A stretch of 59,615 bases of DNA from Patescibacteria group bacterium (GCA_038058475.1 JBBUAW010000007.1:1-59615); one strand, 5' to 3'. Positions 42,787 through 51,931 are shown, counted from the first letter of the stretch. Translations and numbers: made by a program. Notes: generated by a model not told the origin, from the sequence alone.

Positions 42787-43191
42787 CTATAATCCAGGAC
42801 AATTAGCGGCCGGAGTATACCCCGCTCGCCTAGCGTCTTCAACAGTGGTAAACCAAACTTTATTTTCTTCTTTAATCCGAACCGCCCCCGGACACCAAGG
42901 ATAATGGTATTTAGTGCCGTTTTTTGAGCCGACAAATGTACTATTGACCGAAGAAGCGGATTGGCGTTGATTATTCGTAGTTAACCCCATTGTTGTCGTG
43001 GCTAAATTATCAATCTCAATCCTAATTGGCTCCCTCGCCTCTTTTAGTTTAGTCAGACGTCCTAAACCGAAACTTAAGCCAGCGATCAAGAAAAAATTAA
43101 CGATTACCACCCCGCCTTTTCGGCGGATAAGTCCAGACTTGATTTTTTCCCAATAATTTTTTAGACTGATAGGACTTAATATATGGCTCAT
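42787..43191 (-). CDS. membrane-anchored protein with C-terminal Ada-type Cys metal-binding-like domain
   Basis: N-terminal TM. C-terminal [42 protein letters not shown]. Its 5' end overlaps the divergent rpmA start by 9 nt. Confidence 0.55.
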   Translation of the reverse strand: MSHILSPISLKNYWEKIKSGLIRRKGGVVIVNFFLIAGLSFGLGRLTKLKEAREPIRIEIDNLATTTMGLTTNNQRQSASSVNSTFVGSKNGTKYHYPWCPGAVRIKEENKVWFTTVEDARRAGYTPAANCPGL

Positions 43192-43455
43192 AGAAAAGCG
43201 GGCGGTACCGCTAAAAATTTACGCGATTCCCAGCCGAAGTTTTTAGGCATTAAGCTTTTTGACGGCGAACTAGCCGGTCCCGGCGCGATTATTCTGCGTC
43301 AGCGGGGAACAAATTTTCTACCCGGAAAAAACACCGGTCTTGGTCGCGATCACACTATTTTCGCATTGAAAGCCGGCCGCGTCCAGTTCCGCACTCGCCG
43401 AAAAACCGGTTACGATTCTGGTGTGCGAAAAATCAAAGAAGTTTCGATTATTTAG
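43183..43455 (+). CDS. rpmA: 50S ribosomal protein L27
   Basis: [24 protein letters not shown]...RQRGT.F.PG.N.G.GRDHT.FAL. Confidence 0.96.
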   Translation: MAHRKAGGTAKNLRDSQPKFLGIKLFDGELAGPGAIILRQRGTNFLPGKNTGLGRDHTIFALKAGRVQFRTRRKTGYDSGVRKIKEVSII

Positions 43456-43912
43456 TTTTTTCTTCTTCCGGCGTAATTTTGATTTTAATTATTCCTTCAC
43501 CGCCGCCACTGGAAATTTTTAAATCATAATCGCCGACGGCTTTAATCGGCCGAATGAGTTCCAACCAATCCGGTTCAAGCTCAATTTTGGTTTCTTTTTT
43601 GATTGCTTCAATAATTGCCAATCGATCAATTCCTTCAAATAAATGACCTTGTTCATTGGCTTTGGCTTCAATGGTGATAACCGTCTTACCGGTATTCAAT
43701 TGGCCGATCAGTTCAACAGCTTTGGTTCTTAATTTGCCACGCCGATTCTCGTCTTGTTGTTTTAGCAATTCAACGCGTTGGCGCGCCGCGCGATCGGCCA
43801 CTAAGGCCAGACCGCTTGGCAAAAGATGATTTCGCGCGTAACCGCCGGTAACATTTTTCACTTCAAATTTTTTTCCCACTCCCCGCACATCACCCAAAAG
43901 GACGATTTTCAT
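43448..43912 (-). CDS. rplI: 50S ribosomal protein L9
   Basis: [32 protein letters not shown]. Confidence 0.95.
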   Translation of the reverse strand: MKIVLLGDVRGVGKKFEVKNVTGGYARNHLLPSGLALVADRAARQRVELLKQQDENRRGKLRTKAVELIGQLNTGKTVITIEAKANEQGHLFEGIDRLAIIEAIKKETKIELEPDWLELIRPIKAVGDYDLKISSGGGEGIIKIKITPEEEKTK

Positions 43913-43945
43913 GGGTCTAATCTTACTTGATTCCCCTATCGCCGC

Positions 43946-45199
43946 CTACTTGACAGAATTGAGAATTTCAATCGCTTTGTTTAATTGCGGGTCAAAATCA
44001 GGTTGACTTCCCGACCCCTCATCTTTTTTTGGCCGCTTAACAATTACCTGTGGCGTTAGGCCGTTATCCGATAAACTTTGCCCTTTGGGCGTATACCACT
44101 TAGCGATAGTAATCTTTATTGAACTGTCATCTGTCACTTTGACCAATTCCTGCACCGAGCCTTTGCCGAAAGTTTTCTCCCCCACCAACACCGCTTTGCC
44201 ATATTCAGAAAGAGCGCCAGCTAAAATTTCCGAAGCTGACGCGCTACCACCGTCAACTAAAATCGCCAATTTTAACCGATCAGTAAAGACATCATAACCG
44301 TGGCTACGGTGAATTTTTTCTTCTTCACTGTCGCGCCCGCGTTCAATCACTACCGGCGCGCCGGCCGGCAAAAACCAACTGGCCAAATCCACGGCGGCTT
44401 CCAATAAACCACCCGGATTACCACGCAAATCAATAATCAATTTATTAGTTTTTGCCGCGACAAATTCGCGCAAAGCCACGCGAAATGTTTCCGACGCATT
44501 AGCGCTGAAACTAAAAAGTTTAATGATAAAAATACCGTCTTTGATTTCCGTTTTAACGGTTGGAATGGTAATTTTCGCTCGAGTAATGACAAAATCGCGC
44601 AATTTTTCTTCGTCTTTTCGCACAATTGATAATTTTACCACGGTGCCAATCTCGCCACGGATTAAATTGACGGCTTCATCAATCATTATTTTTTCGGTGT
44701 CTTGGTCGTTAATCTTAATAATCTGATCACCGGCAATTATTCCCGCCAACGCCGCCGGTGTTCCGGCCAATGGCGAAACGACAGTGAGAATTTTATCGCG
44801 TAAGTCAATTTCAATTCCGATGCCACCGAAATTACCGTTAATACTTTCCTCAAAACTTTTCTTTTCTACTGGTGGCAAAAAAACAGTATAGGGATCGCCG
44901 AGCGCGTCCACCATCCCGCCGATTGCCCCCCAAAGCCGTTTTTGGGTTTTTTCTGTTTCATCAGTAGTGGTCGTTGCCGCGCCATTGTCAACAAATTTTT
45001 CATCAATGACATTCCAGGCTTTCCAAAATGGTGCGAAATCAATCTTCGCCGATGCTGTCGTTTCCAGATTAAATAACGAGGTAATTTTTTTAAATGCCGG
45101 GCGCTCTTCAAAACCAACTACGGCGCCGGCCAAAAAAGAACCGGCCAAAACCGCTATCACCAGTAATCCCCAAATAAGGCGCCAAAGATTTTTTTGCAT
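43946..45199 (-). CDS. ctpA: carboxy-terminal processing protease (S41) with PDZ domain
   Basis: DLRGNPGGLL and GGSASASEILAGAL motifs. Start set at MQKNLW... before the TM. Confidence 0.9.
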   Translation of the reverse strand: MQKNLWRLIWGLLVIAVLAGSFLAGAVVGFEERPAFKKITSLFNLETTASAKIDFAPFWKAWNVIDEKFVDNGAATTTTDETEKTQKRLWGAIGGMVDALGDPYTVFLPPVEKKSFEESINGNFGGIGIEIDLRDKILTVVSPLAGTPAALAGIIAGDQIIKINDQDTEKIMIDEAVNLIRGEIGTVVKLSIVRKDEEKLRDFVITRAKITIPTVKTEIKDGIFIIKLFSFSANASETFRVALREFVAAKTNKLIIDLRGNPGGLLEAAVDLASWFLPAGAPVVIERGRDSEEEKIHRSHGYDVFTDRLKLAILVDGGSASASEILAGALSEYGKAVLVGEKTFGKGSVQELVKVTDDSSIKITIAKWYTPKGQSLSDNGLTPQVIVKRPKKDEGSGSQPDFDPQLNKAIEILNSVK

Positions 45200-45216
45200 C
45201 AAAGTCTTACTACTAG

Positions 45217-45222
45217 TATAAT
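45217..45222 (+). promoter_or_regulatory. -10 TATAAT 7 nt upstream of the corA ATG
   Basis: TATAAT at 45217-45222, ATG at 45230. Confidence 0.45.
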
Positions 45223-45229
45223 GAATTGA

Positions 45230-46153
45230 ATGATTAAAAAGCAAGATTACAATGGTCTAACTTGGATTGATTTGGAAGCGCCGACTGAAGTGGAACTTAA
45301 ACAAGTTGTTGTGGAATATAAGATTCATCCATTGGCGGCCGCCGAACTCGCTAATCCTTCCACGCGTTCAAAAGTTGATTTGTATTCGGATTTTATTTAT
45401 TTAATTCTTCATTTCCCGATTTGCCATCTGTGTTACGGTAAACGGCCGATTACCGGCGAAGATACCGAAGAAGTTGATTTTATCATCGGTCAAAATTTTT
45501 TACTGACAGTCCATTATAAACCAATGGAAAGTTTAACTGAATTTTCCCGAATTTTTACGGTCAATTATTTTAAAGAGCGCGGCCGAAAACTCCACGCCGG
45601 GTATATTTTTTATTATCTAATGCGGCATCTTTATAATTCTTTGTCCACCGGTCTGGATTATGTCAATGGCGTTTTAAAGCAAGCGGAACAGAAAATTTTC
45701 GCCGGTGAGGAAAAAGCAATGATTCAGTTGCTGGCTTCAATTAACCGCAATCTGTTTGATTTCCGTTGGGCGTTGAAAACTCACCGACAAATTCTTGATT
45801 CTTTGGTCGTCGCTGGTCAAGAATTTTTTGGCCAAGGTTTCAAATATTATTTGGCGACGATAACCGGCGAATATGAAAAAATCTGGAATATGTTGGAGAG
45901 TAATCGCGAAACTTTTCTTGATCTGCGCCAAACCAATGAATCAATGTTGTCAATAAAAACCAACGAAACGATTAAACTTCTTACCGTCTTGGCGTTTATC
46001 TTTTTTCCGTTAACAATTGCCACGCAATTTTTCGGCATGAATATTGATCTGCCGCTGGTGAACCAGCCTAGTGGTTATTTGATCGTGATCGGCCTGATGG
46101 TGGTTATTTCCGCCATTATGTTCGTTTGGGCCCGTTTCCGGCGATGGCTCTAA
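45230..46153 (+). CDS. corA: CorA-family magnesium/cobalt transporter
   Basis: GMN motif (FFGMNIDLP) between two C-terminal TMs. Confidence 0.92.
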   Translation: MIKKQDYNGLTWIDLEAPTEVELKQVVVEYKIHPLAAAELANPSTRSKVDLYSDFIYLILHFPICHLCYGKRPITGEDTEEVDFIIGQNFLLTVHYKPMESLTEFSRIFTVNYFKERGRKLHAGYIFYYLMRHLYNSLSTGLDYVNGVLKQAEQKIFAGEEKAMIQLLASINRNLFDFRWALKTHRQILDSLVVAGQEFFGQGFKYYLATITGEYEKIWNMLESNRETFLDLRQTNESMLSIKTNETIKLLTVLAFIFFPLTIATQFFGMNIDLPLVNQPSGYLIVIGLMVVISAIMFVWARFRRWL

Positions 46154-47473
46154 CTTTTTTTAACACCATGACGGCCAAGAAAGAACTGTTTGTTCCCCGG
46201 TCTTTGACGGCGGTCAGTTTTTACGCTTGCGGGCCGACAGTTTACGCCGCGCCGCATCTCGGTAATTTACGAACTTTTGTCACCAGTGATTTATTGCATC
46301 GCATCTTGCGCCGCAGCGGTTATACCGTGCGTTTGGTAATTAATATCACCGATGTGGATGATAAAACTATTGCTGGCGCCCAAGCGGCCAATATGTCACT
46401 CGGTGATTTTACCGGCCAATATGAACAAAATTTTCTGGCTGACCTTGCCGCTCTTAATATTTTGCGGCCAGCCGCTTTGCCGAAAGCAACGGACTTTGTC
46501 GGTCAAATGATTGTTTTGATTGAAAATTTATTGAAAAAAGGTTTGGCCTATCCCGCGGCGGATGGAATTTATTTTAAAATCGCCGCTTTTCCCGATTATG
46601 GCCGATTGGCTAAATTAACGGAAATAAAAAACAATCAAACCGAACGCGCCGATTTTGCTCTTTGGAAATTTTATAAGCCAAGCGACGGTTCGACGGTTTG
46701 GGCCCCCCCGGCCCGGCTGGCACATTGAATGTTCGGCGATGATTGCGGCGACACTCGGTGAGCAAATTGACATCCATTTAGGCGGCACGGATTTAATCTT
46801 CCCTCATCATGAGAACGAACGGGCGCAATCGGAGAGTCTGAGTGGGCAACCGCTGGCTTGTTATTGGCTCCATTCGGCGTTTGTCACGATAGCTGAAGAA
46901 AAAATGGCTAAGTCGCTCGGCAATATTATCCATTTGACCGATTTGGCGGATAAAAAAATTGCGCCCCTCGCCTACCGTTATCTCTTATTGACCGTTCATT
47001 ATCGAACCCTATTGAATTTTACTTGGGGCTCACTTGTTGCGGCGGCGAAAGCGTACGAGAAGTTGAAAGGGTTGGTTAATGAATGGTCAAACCCTAGCGT
47101 CGTCACCAGTGAGACAAATGAGGGTAAAGTGATTGAAAGCTACAAACAAAGTTTCAACCGCGCGCTGGAAGACGATTTGAACCTGCCGCAAGCGTTGGCG
47201 GTCGCGTGGGAAATGGTTAAAGATGACAAACAAAAGCGTCGCGATAAGTTAACAACTTTGATTGACTTTGATCAAGTGTTGGGACTTAATTTAAAAACTC
47301 CAATCATCGCGTTAGAGATTCCAGAGTCGGTTAAAATACTGGTGGCGCAAAGAAGGAAGGCTAGGCAGCGAGCCGATTGGTCGGCCGCTGACCAATTACG
47401 ACAACAAATTGAGGCTTTGGGCTATATCGTCAAAGATACTGCGACTGACGCACAAATAATCCCGATTAAATAA
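46144..47473 (+). pseudogene. cysS: cysteinyl-tRNA synthetase interrupted by a frameshift in a C7 run (46703-46709)
   Basis: Frame 1 encodes MALTFFNTMTAKKELF...CGPTVYAAPHLGN (HIGH). Frame 2 continues with RPGWHIECSAM...KMAKSLGN (KMSKS). Removing one C restores ...VWAPRPGWHIEC. Confidence 0.85.
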
Positions 47474-47528
47474 ATCACTATCCCCTTTTCGTCCCCTGAT
47501 TAAGTTTTGATTTTTTCGCTTTTAGTTT

Positions 47529-47534
47529 TACACT
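47529..47534 (+). promoter_or_regulatory. -10 TACACT 6 nt upstream of the dnaB ATG
   Basis: TTGATT-N16-TACACT; ATG at 47541. Confidence 0.4.
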
Positions 47535-47540
47535 TTCAAG

Positions 47541-48896
47541 ATGGCTACCGTCGCCCCGTTTGTGAAAGCCGGAATTCGCGTCCCGCCGCAAGATCTGGCG
47601 GCTGAACAAGCATTGCTCGGTTCAATTATGATTAAACCGAGCGGACTTAATGACTTGGTCACGATGATCGGACCGGATGATTTTTATTCCGAGCGCCATC
47701 GACGCATCTACCGCGCGATGCTTAAACTGTTTGATAAAAATCAGCCGATTGATTTAGTGGCGATGACTTCCAGTTTAACCGAGAGCAAACAGCTCGACGG
47801 CGTCGGCGGGGCCAGTTATTTGGTGGAGTTGACCAATTCTGTGCCGTCAGCCAGCAATTTAAAATATTATGCCGAAACGGTGCGAAAAAAAGCGCAATTG
47901 CGGCGGTTAATTGATTCGGCCGAACATTTATCAGAACTCGGTTATCACGAAGAAGAAGAAATAGAATCAATTTTTGAAAAAGCCGAAAAGACAATTTTCA
48001 GTCTGGTCAATTTTTCACGCCGGACTTTCACCAGTCTGAAAGACACTTTGGTTGAAGCTTGGGAACGATTTGAACGGCTGCACAAATCCGGTGAAGGTAT
48101 TCGCGGTTTGGCGACTGGCTTCAAGGGTTTAGACGATCGCTTGTCCGGATTGCAACGTTCCGATTTGATTATTTTAGCCGCGCGGCCGTCAATGGGCAAA
48201 ACTTCGCTGGCGCTGGACATCGCGCGGCAGGTAGCCAAACGCAATGTGCCGGTTTGCATCTTTTCACTGGAAATGAGTTCGCAACAATTGGTTGACCGGC
48301 TGATTGCCGCCGAAAGCCATGTTGATTCGTGGAAATTGAGGACTGGCCGCTTGTCAACCGACGGTGAGTTTTCTAATATCCGCGACGCGCTGGATACTTT
48401 ATCCAAGGCGCCAATTTTCATTGATGATGATCCGTCAAACAACATTACGAAAATGAAGTCGGTGGCGCGGCGGCTGAAAAGCGAGCACGATCTCGGTTTG
48501 ATTGTCGTGGATTATCTCCAATTGATGATTCCGCGCCGCGAATCCGATTCTTTGGTCCAGCAAGTAACGGAAATTTCGCGCTCGCTCAAGGCGCTGGCGC
48601 GGGAATTGGATGTGCCGGTGCTGGCGTTGTCGCAGTTGAATCGGGCGGTGGAACAGCGCGGCGGCCGGCCGCGGTTGTCGGATCTTCGCGATTCCGGTTC
48701 CATTGAACAGGACGCGGACGTGGTGATGTTTATTCATCGGGAAGACAAATATAACGAGAATTCGGACAAAAAAAATATCGCCGAAATTATGATTGAAAAA
48801 CACCGCAACGGCCCGACCGGCTCGGTGGAACTTTATTTTGACGATAAACGGGTTTGTTTTACCAGTATTGAAAAAGGCGACTTCGGCGGGTTTTAA
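47541..48896 (+). CDS. dnaB: replicative DNA helicase
   Basis: PQDLAAEQALLGS..., Walker A ARPSMGKTS, VVDYLQLM, SQLNR. Confidence 0.96.
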   Translation: MATVAPFVKAGIRVPPQDLAAEQALLGSIMIKPSGLNDLVTMIGPDDFYSERHRRIYRAMLKLFDKNQPIDLVAMTSSLTESKQLDGVGGASYLVELTNSVPSASNLKYYAETVRKKAQLRRLIDSAEHLSELGYHEEEEIESIFEKAEKTIFSLVNFSRRTFTSLKDTLVEAWERFERLHKSGEGIRGLATGFKGLDDRLSGLQRSDLIILAARPSMGKTSLALDIARQVAKRNVPVCIFSLEMSSQQLVDRLIAAESHVDSWKLRTGRLSTDGEFSNIRDALDTLSKAPIFIDDDPSNNITKMKSVARRLKSEHDLGLIVVDYLQLMIPRRESDSLVQQVTEISRSLKALARELDVPVLALSQLNRAVEQRGGRPRLSDLRDSGSIEQDADVVMFIHREDKYNENSDKKNIAEIMIEKHRNGPTGSVELYFDDKRVCFTSIEKGDFGGF

Positions 48897-48898
48897 AG

Positions 48899-49510
48899 AT
48901 GTCTGACATTATTGAAAAATTAGTGGCGACCTTTATTCGTTTCCCGGGGATCGGGCCGCGCCAGGCGCGGCGGTTTATTTACCATTTATTGGCGCAAAAT
49001 TCGCTGACGATTGAAAATCTGGCTCAAGATTTGCTGACGCTTAAGCAGACCGTGAACCAGTGCCGAAGTTGTTGTCGTTTTTTTATCGTCAACAATCGCG
49101 CCGCGGCCAAAGAAATTTGTGAATTGTGTTTGGATGAAAGTCGCGACCCGAGTATTTTAATGATTGTGGAAAAAGATTCCGATTTGGAAGTAGTCAGAAA
49201 ATCCGGTCATTATTCCGGCCAATTTTTTGTCTTGGGTGGCCTCGTGCCAATTTTGGAAGAAGCGCCAGCTAAAAAAATCCGCCTCAATCCCCTGCTGGAG
49301 AAAATTAAAGCAACGAAAAATCAATTAAAAGAAATTATTATCGCCCTCGCCGCCAACCCCGAAGGCGATAACACCGGTGAATATCTGCAACGCGCGCTCG
49401 CGCCGCTCGGGATTAAAATTACTATTTTAGGCCGCGGTCTTTCCACGGGCACGGAACTGGAATATTCCGACGCCGAAACTTTGAGAAACGCGCTTAAAAA
49501 TCGAGCTTAG
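48899..49510 (+). CDS. recR: recombination protein RecR
   Basis: HhH (FPGIGPRQARR), Cys4 finger (CRSCC...CELC), Toprim region. Confidence 0.92.
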   Translation: MSDIIEKLVATFIRFPGIGPRQARRFIYHLLAQNSLTIENLAQDLLTLKQTVNQCRSCCRFFIVNNRAAAKEICELCLDESRDPSILMIVEKDSDLEVVRKSGHYSGQFFVLGGLVPILEEAPAKKIRLNPLLEKIKATKNQLKEIIIALAANPEGDNTGEYLQRALAPLGIKITILGRGLSTGTELEYSDAETLRNALKNRA

Positions 49511-49805
49511 AAATTTTAATCTGCGTGAATGGTTGGCGATGGCCGCGCTTAACCCGATGGCGAGTTTTAGATTTGTATTTAAACACCAACACTTTTTTAC
49601 TTCGACTGGCGCCTAGATTTTCCGCCTCCACTTTCGCTCCCGCGACCAGCGGCCGACCGACTTGCACTCTTTCACCGTCGGCAGTCAATAAGACCTCATT
49701 AAAAATGATTTTTTGATCGGCGGTATCAAGTTTTTCAATCTTTAATGAATCCCCTTCCGCCACCTGATACTGTTTACCGCCGGTTTTGATGACTGCTAAT
49801 TTCAT
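49494..49805 (-). CDS. rplU: 50S ribosomal protein L21
   Basis: MKLAVIKTGGKQYQV..GD...IEKL. Confidence 0.95.
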   Translation of the reverse strand: MKLAVIKTGGKQYQVAEGDSLKIEKLDTADQKIIFNEVLLTADGERVQVGRPLVAGAKVEAENLGASRSKKVLVFKYKSKTRHRVKRGHRQPFTQIKISKLDF

Positions 49806-49846
49806 GGCTTGAAGACTACCTTATTTCCGACCACTTGGCCACTTGA
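49802..49846. repeat. 45-bp direct repeat, copy 1 (rplU 5' flank / PIN gene 3' end)
   Basis: CATGGCTTGAAGACTACCTTATTTCCGACCACTTGGCCACTTGAC; 4 mismatches to 50480-50524. Confidence 0.9.
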
Positions 49847-50288
49847 CAATTTCCCAATGTTGTTGAAAAAATTCTTTGGGCGTAACAATAATAGTCGGAA
49901 AAGAAAATCTTTTTAATTTTAAGGTCATAAAATCTTTTCGATCAAGAGTAATTAAAAAATCTACTTTATAATCTAACGCCCCAGCGAGTACCGGTGCGTC
50001 TTCTAAATTTATCAAGCGACCAATCTTTTGAACAAGCTTTGGTTTTGGATTAGGCAGAATTTTAACCTTACTCCATCCAAGCAGCAAATTTATATTATTG
50101 ATGTTTGATGGATATTTAAGTGTAATCACTTCTCTCACTTCATCTTGAACATACTGGTTAATGCAGGTGATTAAACGCTCATTCCTAGATTCGTGGCACA
50201 AACGAAAAGAGCCACCAGTTGAAGAAAATACAGCCGCAATGACAACACTCGAATCTAAAAAAATTTTAACTCGTGAGGTCTCATTCAT
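49821..50288 (-). CDS. PIN-domain toxin (VapC-like)
   Basis: N-terminal IFLDSSVVIAA acidic motif and ...LITLDRKDF; overlaps the upstream small gene by 4 nt; AT-rich. Confidence 0.8.
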   Translation of the reverse strand: MNETSRVKIFLDSSVVIAAVFSSTGGSFRLCHESRNERLITCINQYVQDEVREVITLKYPSNINNINLLLGWSKVKILPNPKPKLVQKIGRLINLEDAPVLAGALDYKVDFLITLDRKDFMTLKLKRFSFPTIIVTPKEFFQQHWEIVKWPSGRK

Positions 50289-50482
50289 CTAACCAGTGAC
50301 GGATATGACTTACGAAACAATTCTTTGCGTATTTTTTTGGCGAAGGGTTTAATTTTTTTCCAAACTAAATCATCGCGATCAGGGGCGACTTCTTCCCACT
50401 CCAACCGATAACGACGTAAGACGGAGGCGATCTCACGTCTTGCTTGAGTAATGGGTTTTTGAGTTTCAATAGTGCTAGGCAT
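50285..50482 (-). CDS. putative antitoxin of the PIN toxin
   Basis: 65-aa ORF translationally coupled (ATGA) to the PIN gene; no family recognised. Confidence 0.55.
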   Translation of the reverse strand: MPSTIETQKPITQARREIASVLRRYRLEWEEVAPDRDDLVWKKIKPFAKKIRKELFRKSYPSLVR

Positions 50483-50524
50483 GGCCTGAAGATTACCTTA
50501 TTTCCGACCGTTTGGCCACTTGAC
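50480..50524. repeat. 45-bp direct repeat, copy 2
   Basis: CATGGCCTGAAGATTACCTTATTTCCGACCGTTTGGCCACTTGAC, immediately 5' of the antitoxin ATG. Confidence 0.9.
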
Positions 50525-50542
50525 GTTCTTAAAATTATCGGT

Positions 50543-50674
50543 CTAAATACTCGGCCGGCGAAAAGGCGGACGGAAGCCCTTATTTTTACCTGGGGCATTT
50601 TTGAACCACGACGGGGTGCGATAAGCCGGCGCGCCCGGCTTCTTTCCGATTTGATTATGTTTTTTCATCTCCAT
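50543..50674 (-). CDS. candidate 43-aa highly basic peptide
   Basis: Below the track cutoff: MEMKKHNQIGKKPGAPAYRTPSWFKNAPGKNKGFRPPFRRPSI. GAGGA lies 5 nt upstream. It starts 2 nt after the rmuC stop. Confidence 0.3.
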   Translation of the reverse strand: MEMKKHNQIGKKPGAPAYRTPSWFKNAPGKNKGFRPPFRRPSI

Positions 50675-50675
50675 A

Positions 50676-51746
50676 TTATTCCTCAATTGAGGTCGGTTTA
50701 TCAAGTACTGTTGTTTCTATATTCATTGATTCACCGGTAATTTTCAAAATATCTTTATCAATTTTTTTAAACTCGCGATGAGAAGCGTTGTAGTGATTGA
50801 TCACTGTTCCAAGTGCTCCACCTAATTTAGAATGATATTCTTCGTATACAATAAGATGCTTTTGGAGTTCACCTACATTTTTGATAACCCCCTTTACTGA
50901 CTCTTCAATTTGCAACGCTTTCAATCCTTGCAAAACGGTTTGCAAATAAGCGAGAAAGGAAGTTGGCGAAACGATAATCACATGTTTGTCTTTAAAGGCG
51001 TATTCCACCAAATCGCGCGTATTAACCTTAACCGCCCCGACCTGGGCGATTAAAAGGTCGTAATAAATCGCCTCGTGCGGAATAAACATAAAGGCGAAAT
51101 CCATCGTCCCTTCGCTCGGTTTGACGTATTTCGCCGTTTCGTCAATGCGGTTTTTTAAATCCTGCTTGAATGATTTTTCCAGCCGTTCCCGTTCGGCCGG
51201 ATCTTTTTCCTCCGCCAAGCGGTTGTAATTTTCCAGCGAAAATTTTGAATCAATCGGAATGATTTTATCTTTGACGAACACCACCGCGTCCACAATCGTG
51301 CCGTCGTTAAACGGATATTGCATTTGATAACTACCGCTCGGCAAAACATTTTTCAGCAAAGTTTCCAAAAAATATTCTCCGAGAACGCCGCGCTGTTTTG
51401 GGTTCTTGAGAATGTCTTGGAGACTCTTGAGCTGGTCGGCGAAGCCGACGACTTGGCGGTTAGTTTCGTCTAATTTAGTTAATCGTTCGGTGACCTCGCG
51501 GATAATTTTCGCCGATTCGCCGAATTGACTGCGCATGGAGTCAAACATCGTCCGGCTTGATTCCGTTAATTTATTATCTACCGTTTTAACCAATTCGCTC
51601 AATTGATTTTGCAGTAACAAAAAACCATTGTCATTTTCGCCGGTGGCCTCGCCTCCAACTTGCCGATTGGTTAAGACGCGCCACAAAACCGCACCAGCCA
51701 CGGCGCCGCCAACAAGCGCTAAAATAATTATCAACCAAATTGGCAT
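50676..51746 (-). CDS. rmuC: DNA recombination protein RmuC
   Basis: N-terminal TM, coiled coil, RmuC nuclease-like core (DAVVFVKDKIIPIDSKF, FAFMFIPHEAIYY). Confidence 0.9.
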   Translation of the reverse strand: MPIWLIIILALVGGAVAGAVLWRVLTNRQVGGEATGENDNGFLLLQNQLSELVKTVDNKLTESSRTMFDSMRSQFGESAKIIREVTERLTKLDETNRQVVGFADQLKSLQDILKNPKQRGVLGEYFLETLLKNVLPSGSYQMQYPFNDGTIVDAVVFVKDKIIPIDSKFSLENYNRLAEEKDPAERERLEKSFKQDLKNRIDETAKYVKPSEGTMDFAFMFIPHEAIYYDLLIAQVGAVKVNTRDLVEYAFKDKHVIIVSPTSFLAYLQTVLQGLKALQIEESVKGVIKNVGELQKHLIVYEEYHSKLGGALGTVINHYNASHREFKKIDKDILKITGESMNIETTVLDKPTSIEE

Positions 51747-51753
51747 TGGAGCG

Positions 51754-51762
51754 ATTATAGCA
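51754..51762 (-). promoter_or_regulatory. extended -10 (TGcTATAAT) 7 nt upstream of the rmuC ATG
   Basis: Minus strand reads ATGCTATAAT-cgctcca-ATG(51746). Confidence 0.5.
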
Positions 51763-51763
51763 T

Positions 51764-51792
51764 AAAAAAACGGCAGGGGTTGAACCCTGCCG
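51764..51792 (-). terminator. rho-independent terminator (minus strand)
   Basis: CGGCAGGG/CCCTGCCG stem, followed on the minus strand by T7. Confidence 0.8.
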
Positions 51793-51832
51793 GGTGCTTT
51801 GTCTAATCACGCCGTCCCGAATCGCACCACCT

Positions 51833-51859
51833 TCAGAACGGCCAACTAAGGCGTTCCAT
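51833..51859 (-). CDS. 8-codon mini-ORF (MERLSWPF) with a very strong SD, leader-peptide-like
   Basis: GAAGGAGGAAAG sits just upstream of the ATG. The ORF lies between the promoter at 51931-51903 and the terminator at 51792-51764. Confidence 0.3.
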   Translation of the reverse strand: MERLSWPF

Positions 51860-51902
51860 CTCGCTTTCCTCCTTCAAAATAACTCTATTATGGACATTGC
51901 TT

Positions 51903-51931
51903 ATGCTAGCATAACAAAAAATAAAAGTCAA
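51903..51931 (-). promoter_or_regulatory. sigma70-like promoter TTGACT-N17-TAGCAT (minus strand)
   Basis: -35 at 51931-51926. The -10 at 51908-51903 lies within the palindrome ATGCTAGCAT. Confidence 0.5.
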
